NCBI GenBank assembly: GCA_964468895.1
Contig: CAYXWT010000022.1
Coordinates: 1 to 12,259 of the forward strand
Source: an uncultured archaeon
Lineage (GTDB): Archaea; Iainarchaeota; Iainarchaeia; Iainarchaeales; CSSED10-239
Direction: 5' to 3'
Length of the DNA: 12,259 bases
Below are positions 7,227 through 12,259 of this stretch, piece by piece. Every line of letters begins with the position of its first letter. Positions within the stretch are counted from its first letter, which is position 1. The position numbers were made by a program, and so were the translations under genes. The notes under the pieces were generated by a model. That model was not told the origin of the DNA and did no database searches. It worked only from the letters and a program-made list of their open reading frames with translations.

Positions 7227-7583
7227 ATGAAAAGATTAAATAAAAATTTAGATAAAAAAGAAATTATTGTCAAATTATATAATATGGCAAAATCTAAGAA
7301 AAAAGATATTTATGCTAGTTTAGCTAAAGAACTTGAAAAATCTAGTAGATTAGAAGTAAGGGTTAATTTAGGAAAAATGGAAAGTCTTAAATATATTAAA
7401 GATGGAGATATAGTTGTTGTTCCAGGAAAAGTTTTAGGTACTGGTTTATTAAATAAAAATATAACAATTTATTCTTATAGTGTTTCTAAAGTTGCTAGTG
7501 AAAAATTAAAAAATAATGTAAAAAATTTAATGGATTTTTGTAATGATGATATTAATTATAAAGTTACAAAAATAATAAAATAA
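7227..7583 (+). CDS. rpl18e: 50S ribosomal protein L18e (eL18)
   Basis: A 118-aa protein containing VRVNLGKMESL...GDIVVVPGKVLGTG, which is eL18/L18e-like. The slot between rpoD and L13 is conserved. GTGAT at 7217-7221 lies 5 nt before the ATG. Confidence 0.82.
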   Translation: MKRLNKNLDKKEIIVKLYNMAKSKKKDIYASLAKELEKSSRLEVRVNLGKMESLKYIKDGDIVVVPGKVLGTGLLNKNITIYSYSVSKVASEKLKNNVKNLMDFCNDDINYKVTKIIK

Positions 7584-7610
7584 ATGATTTGATTGTATTG
7601 GTGAAATATT

Positions 7611-8036
7611 ATGGTTATTATAAATGCTAAAAATAAAGTTTTAGGAAGATTGTGTTCTCAAATTGCAGAAAAATTATTAAAAAGTGGAGCTAAGGTAATA
7701 GTAGTTAATTCTAGATATGCTATTATAACAGGTAAGAAAAAAGAAATTTTTAAAAGATACTCTGACTTAACTTCTAGAAAAGGAAAAGGTAATCCTCTTA
7801 AAAACCTAAAAAACCCAAGATATTCTGATAAAATAATTAAAAGAACAGTAAGAGGTATGTTACCAAGAAATGCAAAAGGAACTAGTGCTTTAAGAAAATT
7901 AAAAACATATATAGATGTTCCTGAAGTTTATTTTAATGATGTTCCTAAAGAAGTAAATGTGTCTGAAGTTTTACATATTACTTTAGAAGATTTATCTAAA
8001 TATTTAGGTGCAAAGTTAAAGGATGTAAAAAAATAA
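7611..8036 (+). CDS. rpl13: 50S ribosomal protein L13 (uL13)
   Basis: Contains IINAKNKVLGRLCSQIAEKLLKSGAKVIVVNS...ITGKK and VRGMLPRN.KG..ALRKLK, which are uL13 motifs. GGTGA at 7600-7604 lies 6 nt before the ATG. Confidence 0.92.
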   Translation: MVIINAKNKVLGRLCSQIAEKLLKSGAKVIVVNSRYAIITGKKKEIFKRYSDLTSRKGKGNPLKNLKNPRYSDKIIKRTVRGMLPRNAKGTSALRKLKTYIDVPEVYFNDVPKEVNVSEVLHITLEDLSKYLGAKLKDVKK

Positions 8037-8075
8037 ATTTTATTATATATAAAAATTTGGAAAAGTGATATTAAT

Positions 8076-8480
8076 ATGGTTAAAAACTATTTTGTAAAAT
8101 CTTCAAGAAAAAAAGCAAAAGCAAGATGTTTGGTTAAAAAAGGTGCAGGAAATATACATGTAAATAATGCTCCTATAGATGCAAAATATAGTGGTTATAA
8201 ATTAGAATTAATTAAAGAACCAACTTATATTGCTCAACCAGAATTTGAAAAATTAGATTTTTTTGTAAATGTTAGTGGTGGAGGAATTTCTGGACAAGTT
8301 CAAGCTATAAGATCTTGTGTTGTTAAAGGAATTTTAGAAGCAAATAATAATAAAGAAGAATTAAAAAAAGTATTTTTAAGTTATGATAGACATTTAGTTG
8401 TTGATGATGTTAGACAAAAAGAAGAATACAAACAACTTGGTCGTGGTGCAAGATCTAAAAAACAACATTCTAAAAGGTAG
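8076..8480 (+). CDS. rps9: 30S ribosomal protein S9 (uS9)
   Basis: Contains GGGISGQVQAIRSCVVKGIL and the C-terminal RQKEEYKQLGRGARSKKQHSKR, with the uS9 terminal SKR. GTGAT at 8065-8069 lies 6 nt before the ATG. Confidence 0.92.
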   Translation: MVKNYFVKSSRKKAKARCLVKKGAGNIHVNNAPIDAKYSGYKLELIKEPTYIAQPEFEKLDFFVNVSGGGISGQVQAIRSCVVKGILEANNNKEELKKVFLSYDRHLVVDDVRQKEEYKQLGRGARSKKQHSKR

Positions 8481-8494
8481 AGGTGTATTTAAAT

Positions 8495-8683
8495 ATGATT
8501 TGTCCTGTAAGATGTTTTTCATGTGGTCAGGTTGTTGCTGACAAATATGAGGCTTATAAAAAATTAATAGACGATGGTAAAAGTCCTGAACAAGCTTTAG
8601 ATTTGTTAGGTGTTAAAAAATATTGTTGTAGAAGAATGTTGCTAACACATGTTGAATTAATAGATGAAGTTATTAAATTTTAA
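8495..8683 (+). CDS. rpoN: DNA-directed RNA polymerase subunit N (Rpo10)
   Basis: MICPVRCFSCGQVVADKYEAYKKL...KKYCCRRMLLTHVELIDE is the Rpo10/RpoN zinc-bundle signature. The ORF track starts at GTG 8483, inside the AGGTG Shine-Dalgarno site at 8481-8485. ATG 8495 gives the canonical MI.P.RCF.CG N-terminus. Confidence 0.95.
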   Translation: MICPVRCFSCGQVVADKYEAYKKLIDDGKSPEQALDLLGVKKYCCRRMLLTHVELIDEVIKF

Positions 8684-8728
8684 TTATTTAACTTATATTT
8701 TTAATAATGTATTTAGAAGTGAAAGATT

Positions 8729-9505
8729 ATGGTTGAAAAAGAAATAAATGTAAAAAGATCAGATAATAAATATAGATATAAATCTAGAACATTAGTAAAC
8801 ATAGATTTATATTTAAAAAATGGAATTCATATTGGTACTAAATATAAAAATGGACCTATGAGAAGATTTATTTTTAAATCTAGAAGTGATAAATTAAATG
8901 TAATGGATGTACAAGCTATAGATCAAAGAATAAAGATAGGAATTGATTTTTTACTTAGATATGATCCTAAAGATGTAATTTTTATATCTAGAAAGAAATA
9001 TGGTTTACCTGGTTTAAAAGTTTTAGAAAAAACTTTTGGATATAAAAATATAGTTAATAGATTTGTTCCAGGTACTTTTACAAATCCACAAAGAGAAGGA
9101 TTTACAGAACCTAAACTTGTTTTTATTTGTGATCCTAATATAGATAGACAAGCAATAGTTGAAGCAACTAAAATTAGTATTCCAGTTATGGCATTATCAA
9201 CCACTTCAAGTAATATAAGGAATATAGATTTAGTATTACCATTTAATAACAAAGGAAGAAAAGCAATATCTTTATTTTTCTGGTTATTAAATAGAGAATT
9301 ACAACTTAGAAATGGTATCATAAAATCAGAACAAGAATATTCTTATTCTGTAGAAGATTTTTTATTTAAAGTAGATAAAAAGGATTCTAGAGGAAAAGGA
9401 AGTTTTAATAGAGGTAGTAGAAGTTCTGGAAGATTTGGTAATAATAGATCTGGTAGAACAAATAATTATAGAAGTAATACTAATCCTAGACCTAAAAATT
9501 TATAA
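8729..9505 (+). CDS. rps2: 30S ribosomal protein S2 (uS2) with a 39-aa Arg/Gly/Ser/Asn-rich C-terminal tail
   Basis: Contains YLKNGIHIGTKYKNGPMRRFIFKSRSDKLNVMDVQ, VFICDPNIDRQAIVEATKISIPVMAL and NNKGRKAISLFFWLLNRE, which are uS2 motifs. GTGA at 8719-8722 lies 6 nt before the ATG. Confidence 0.92.
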   Translation: MVEKEINVKRSDNKYRYKSRTLVNIDLYLKNGIHIGTKYKNGPMRRFIFKSRSDKLNVMDVQAIDQRIKIGIDFLLRYDPKDVIFISRKKYGLPGLKVLEKTFGYKNIVNRFVPGTFTNPQREGFTEPKLVFICDPNIDRQAIVEATKISIPVMALSTTSSNIRNIDLVLPFNNKGRKAISLFFWLLNRELQLRNGIIKSEQEYSYSVEDFLFKVDKKDSRGKGSFNRGSRSSGRFGNNRSGRTNNYRSNTNPRPKNL

Positions 9506-9524
9506 AATTTAATATTAAATCAGA

Positions 9525-9532
9525 TTTTTTTT
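9525..9532 (+). terminator. Oligo-T tract (T8), candidate archaeal intrinsic terminator ending the ribosomal cluster
   Basis: A run of 8 T begins 20 nt after the S2 stop, at the first sizeable (121-nt) intergenic gap after about 9.4 kb of tight packing. T runs are common in DNA this AT-rich, so confidence is low. Confidence 0.35.
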
Positions 9533-9626
9533 ATAAATGTTTAGTAGGATTTGTTATTCTGTAATGTGATATATTTAAAAAGTCTTTTAAGTATAATAAA
9601 TATAGATATATGTGTGGTGATGATTT

Positions 9627-10346
9627 ATGTTAAATAATAAAATTATTGATTTGTTATTAAGTCTTGGATTAACTGAGTATGAATCTAGAACTCTTAGTAC
9701 TTTATTTAAATTTAATGAATCTGACGCTCCAAATATAAGTAGAAATGCAGAAATTCCTAAAACTAGAGTTTATGATGTTCTTGATAAATTAAAAGCAAAA
9801 GGTCTTGTTTTAGAAGTATATGGTAGACCTAAAAAATATAGAGTTATAGATGCTAATGAAATATTTAATAGTTTATTAGAATCTAAAAGAAAAGATCTAG
9901 ATATTTTAAATAATAATGTTAAAGATATTTTAATAAAAGAAAATTGGAATTCTTATATTGGTACTGATGAAAAAATATTACAAGTAAAAAATATAGGTGA
10001 TTATAATAAATTATTAGCTCAAGAATTAAATTGTGCTAAAAAAGAAATTTTTGGTTTTACACATTTAGATGAAAGAAGTGATGCTTTTAAGAATGTTTTT
10101 ACAAATCCTAAATTAAATATTAAATTAATAACTAAACCTTCATCTAAAAAGCATAACATTCCAAAACATGTTGAAATTCAAGAACAAGAACATTCAATGG
10201 ATGCTTTTGTTGTAGATAAAAATAAAGTTATCATGTCTTTAAATGATTTGGTAAAACCTAAAAATACATATCATTTAACAGTTTTAAAAAACAATCCTAG
10301 TTTAACAAAAGCTTTATTAAATCATTTTGATAGTTACTGGAAATAG
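9627..10346 (+). CDS. TrmB-family (COG1378-like) winged-helix transcriptional regulator
   Basis: The N-terminus LLSLGLTEYESRTLSTLFKFNESDAPNISRNAEIPKTRVYDVLDKLKAKGLVLEVYGRPKKYRVID matches the TrmB-type wHTH pattern (LGL..YE...Y..L.......A..I......IP..RVYDVL..L...G.V). A coiled-coil-like linker and a C-terminal domain of about 130 aa follow. GGTGA at 9616-9620 lies 6 nt before the ATG. Confidence 0.75.
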   Translation: MLNNKIIDLLLSLGLTEYESRTLSTLFKFNESDAPNISRNAEIPKTRVYDVLDKLKAKGLVLEVYGRPKKYRVIDANEIFNSLLESKRKDLDILNNNVKDILIKENWNSYIGTDEKILQVKNIGDYNKLLAQELNCAKKEIFGFTHLDERSDAFKNVFTNPKLNIKLITKPSSKKHNIPKHVEIQEQEHSMDAFVVDKNKVIMSLNDLVKPKNTYHLTVLKNNPSLTKALLNHFDSYWK

Positions 10347-10350
10347 TTTG

Positions 10351-10359
10351 TTTTTTTTT
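10351..10359 (+). terminator. Oligo-T tract (T9) immediately after the TrmB-family gene, candidate terminator
   Basis: TTTG followed by T9 starts right after the TAG at 10344-10346, inside the 16-nt gap between the convergent genes. AT-rich background applies here too. Confidence 0.3.
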
Positions 10360-10362
10360 AAA

Positions 10363-11403
10363 TCAAATTTCTATTTTTTTTATTATTTCTCTAATTCTAT
10401 TAAGTGTTTTTAAATTTTTATTAGTTTTATTAGTATTATATTTTTTAAGATATATTTTATATCTTCTTTTTATTTCTATTATTGCTTTTTCTTGAACTAA
10501 TTTATCATCTATTATTGCTTTTTTAATAGTATTTATACCCATATCTGTAGGTGCTTTATAATTTCTCATTTTATTATTTTTACAAGTTATTTTAGAAATT
10601 ATTTTTTTTAATATTTTAAAATTTTCTATATCTCTATTATAATTTATTGCAATTTTATTATAGTTTTTTTTATAATAAGGATCAATTAGATTTTGATCTT
10701 CTAAATCTGCTGTTGCAGCTTCATAAGCTAAATTTACTGGATGATTAAGTTTTAAATTCCAAACAGGAAATGTTTCAAATTTAAAATAACCTGATTCTAT
10801 ATTATTTATTTTTAAATCAGAATATATTTGTGATAAGCAAACGCACATTTTACCAGAATTTGAATTGTGACTTGTAACTATCACAATATTTTTTTTTGTT
10901 TGTATATAAGGTTGTTTTAAATACCCATTTTTACCTAGAATTATTTTTAAATTATTAGGATATTGTTTAATATCTTTTGTAGTATATACTTTAAATTTTA
11001 ATTTATTTAATCTTTGGATAAATTTTTCAGTGATTTTATTTTGTTTATTATATCTTGTTATAACAATATTAATATTTTTAAATTTATTTTTTAAATATTT
11101 TATTTCTTTAAAAACTTCTTTTTGTTGTTTTTCTTTTGTATAATCTGCAGAATCTTTTTCTAAATGTTTTGAATATATACAATATATTATTTCAATATTT
11201 TTTTTAAGTTTTTGAATTATTTTGATTTTATTATTTTTATCATAATCTTTAAAAACTCGTGAAGTATGATTATCATTAATTATGTGACCACCAATTTCTA
11301 TGTATACTTTTTTAAAACATTTTAATCTTTTTTTAATTTCTTTAATTTGTTCTTCTATATATTTATTGTTATCAAATATTTTTATTTTTGCCATATTAAT
11401 CAT
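10363..11403 (-). CDS. DUF1846/UPF0371-family protein, apparently lacking the C-terminal third of the family
   Basis: Contains FDNNKYIEEQIKEI...VYIEIGGHIINDNH and SGKMCVCLSQIYSDL...GYFKFETFPVWNLKLNHPVNLAYEAATADLEDQNLIDPYY...IAINYNRDIENFKILKKII.KIT......YKAPTDMGIN. These closely resemble the conserved blocks of UPF0371 proteins as I recall them (about 490-500 aa in Firmicutes and methanogens). An alternative start is the second ATG at 11394 (MAKIKIF). Confidence 0.65.
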   Translation of the reverse strand: MINMAKIKIFDNNKYIEEQIKEIKKRLKCFKKVYIEIGGHIINDNHTSRVFKDYDKNNKIKIIQKLKKNIEIIYCIYSKHLEKDSADYTKEKQQKEVFKEIKYLKNKFKNINIVITRYNKQNKITEKFIQRLNKLKFKVYTTKDIKQYPNNLKIILGKNGYLKQPYIQTKKNIVIVTSHNSNSGKMCVCLSQIYSDLKINNIESGYFKFETFPVWNLKLNHPVNLAYEAATADLEDQNLIDPYYKKNYNKIAINYNRDIENFKILKKIISKITCKNNKMRNYKAPTDMGINTIKKAIIDDKLVQEKAIIEIKRRYKIYLKKYNTNKTNKNLKTLNRIREIIKKIEI

Positions 11404-11605
11404 ATTTTAAAATTTATATTTTATCTTGATTATAGATTTATTAAAAAATCTATTTATAAAGCTTGCCTAATATATATTATATTATATATTGAGTATTTTT
11501 TATTTAATTTATATAAAAATACTGTGAGATATATCTAATTTTAATATGTCTCTTAATAAAAAAATTTAAAATCAAAGCTGATGAATATTTTGGAGGTAGT
11601 TTATT

Positions 11606-12259
11606 ATGGCTGAGTTCGTAAAATTTCAAGTATCAGAAGACTTAAAAACTTTACAAAAAGATGTTTTAAGTAAAATTTCTAAATCAGGTAAAATAAAAAT
11701 TGGAATCAATGAAGTTACAAAAGTTATAGAAAGAAATACAGCAAAATTAGTTTTAATCGCAGAAGATGTTAGTCCTGCAGAAATTATAATGCATGTACCA
11801 ATTTTATGTAAAGATAAAAAAGTTCCTTTTAGTTATGTAAAAACAAGAGAAGAATTAGGTAAAATATCAGGAATTAGTGCTAAAGCAAGTTCTATAGCAG
11901 TTATAGATGAAGGAGTTGCTAAAAAAGAATTTACTTCATTATTAAATAAAATTGCAGAAATTTCTGGAGATAAACCAAAACCAGTTTCTACAAAAGAACC
12001 TAAGGCTAAAGTAGTTAAAGAAGAACCTAAGGTAGAAGTAGCTAAAGAAGAACCTAAGGCTAAAGTAGTTAAAGAAGAACCTAAGGCTAAAGTAGTTAAA
12101 GAAGAACCTAAGGTAGAAGTAACTAAAGAAGAACCTAAGGCAGAAGTAGTTAAAGAAGAACCTAAGGTAGAAGTAGTTAAAGAAGAACCTAAGGTAGAAG
12201 TAGCTAAAGAAGAACCTAAGGTAGAAGTAGTTAAAGAAGAACCTAAGGTAGAAGTAGCT
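11606..12259 (+). CDS. rpl7ae: 50S ribosomal protein L7Ae (eL8 family, k-turn-binding) fused in frame to a C-terminal KEEPKVEVV tandem-repeat tail; 3' end lies outside the window
   Basis: Hand translation from ATG 11606, with GGAGGT at 11592-11597, gives MAEFVKFQVSEDLKTLQKDVLSKISKSGKIKIGINEVTKVIERNTAKLVLIAEDVSPAEIIMHVPILCKDKKVPFSYVKTREELGKISGISAKASSIAVIDEG. This matches the L7Ae/L30e signature G.NEVTK.IER..AKLV.IAEDV.P.EI..H.P.LC..K.VP. There is no stop in 218 codons to the window end. The gene is not in the supplied ORF track because it is open-ended. Confidence 0.9.
   Translation, partial: MAEFVKFQVSEDLKTLQKDVLSKISKSGKIKIGINEVTKVIERNTAKLVLIAEDVSPAEIIMHVPILCKDKKVPFSYVKTREELGKISGISAKASSIAVIDEGVAKKEFTSLLNKIAEISGDKPKPVSTKEPKAKVVKEEPKVEVAKEEPKAKVVKEEPKAKVVKEEPKVEVTKEEPKAEVVKEEPKVEVVKEEPKVEVAKEEPKVEVVKEEPKVEVA
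11993..12259 (+). repeat. 27-bp in-frame tandem repeat with consensus AAAGAAGAACCTAAGGTAGAAGTAGTT; one 24-bp degenerate unit plus 9 full units, truncated by the window end
   Basis: Full units start at 12017, 12044, 12071, 12098, 12125, 12152, 12179, 12206 and 12233. Units 1, 7 and 9 are identical, units 2 and 3 are identical, and units 6 and 8 are identical. Differences are confined to codons 6, 7 and 9 of the unit. Confidence 0.95.

Noticed and set aside
11470-11493. An ATATATATTATATTATATATTGAG tract, with a similar TATATATATATTATATTA tract at about 1905-1930, as possible promoter or origin-like elements.
   Set aside because: These are simple AT low-complexity runs in a genome of this composition. 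They may contain TATA boxes, but none can be pinned to a transcription start from sequence alone, and no ORB-like or repeated longer motif is visible.
11347-11538. A 63-aa + strand ORF (MFFYIFIVIKYFYF...) in the divergent intergenic region.
   Set aside because: It begins inside the DUF1846 coding region on the opposite strand. It is composed of Phe/Ile/Tyr/Lys codons typical of random AT-rich DNA and has no Shine-Dalgarno site. The region is better explained as divergent promoter DNA.
11526-11552. A hairpin with stem GAGATAT/ATGTCTC (7 bp including one G-T) and a 13-nt loop upstream of L7Ae.
   Set aside because: The stem is short and AU-rich with a large loop, so predicted stability is marginal. 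Such pairings are expected by chance in low-complexity AT-rich DNA. I can see no flanking T tract or conserved motif.
11581-11613. A short upstream ORF (ATG AAT ATT TTG GAG GTA GTT TAT TAT GGC TGA, 10 codons) overlapping the L7Ae start.
   Set aside because: No Shine-Dalgarno site precedes it, and it may lie at or beyond the transcript 5' end. A chance ATG in an AT-rich leader is the simpler reading. It is noted only because its stop overlaps L7Ae codons 2-3, so coupling cannot be formally excluded.
11993-12259. The regularly spaced 27-bp repeats could be mistaken for a CRISPR array or a non-coding minisatellite.
   Set aside because: The units are directly abutting with no spacers. The period is a multiple of 3. 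They stay in frame with the upstream L7Ae core with no stop, and variation falls on specific codons that give conservative changes. This is a coding tandem repeat.

Overview
The window is very AT-rich (by eye about 25-30% G+C), tightly packed, and almost entirely coded on the + strand. It is an archaeal ribosomal-protein super-cluster in the classic order. It starts with the 3' end of L19e, then L18, S5, L30, L15, SecY, a DUF106 (Oxa1/YidC-like) membrane protein, L34e and L14e. The 52-aa L14e ORF is not in the supplied track. Next come S13, S4, S11, RpoD, tRNA-Leu(UAA), L18e, L13, S9, RpoN and S2. The accessory right end holds a TrmB-family regulator, a convergent minus-strand DUF1846/UPF0371-like gene, and a divergent L7Ae gene that runs off the window. 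The L7Ae gene is also missing from the ORF track because it has no stop codon. The e-type ribosomal proteins, RpoD/RpoN and GGTGA-type Shine-Dalgarno sites 5-7 nt before nearly every ATG place this in Archaea. TGA is used as a stop, so the genetic code is standard. The extreme AT bias, short genes and absence of adk, cmk, rpoK and eno from their usual slots suggest a reduced, DPANN-like genome; this is inference. I see no mobile element, CRISPR array, toxin-antitoxin pair or defence island, and I do not claim a new multi-gene system. The most unusual signal is the L7Ae core fused in frame to at least ten near-perfect 27-bp repeats encoding KEEPKVEVV, which continue to the window edge. Other notable points are low-complexity tails on S13, S5 and S2, a weak C/D-box-like (k-turn) motif pair bracketing the L7Ae ribosome-binding site, and a C-terminally truncated DUF1846 homolog. 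Five ORF-track starts (L30, L34e, S13, S11, RpoN) appear over-extended through their own Shine-Dalgarno sites and are corrected below.
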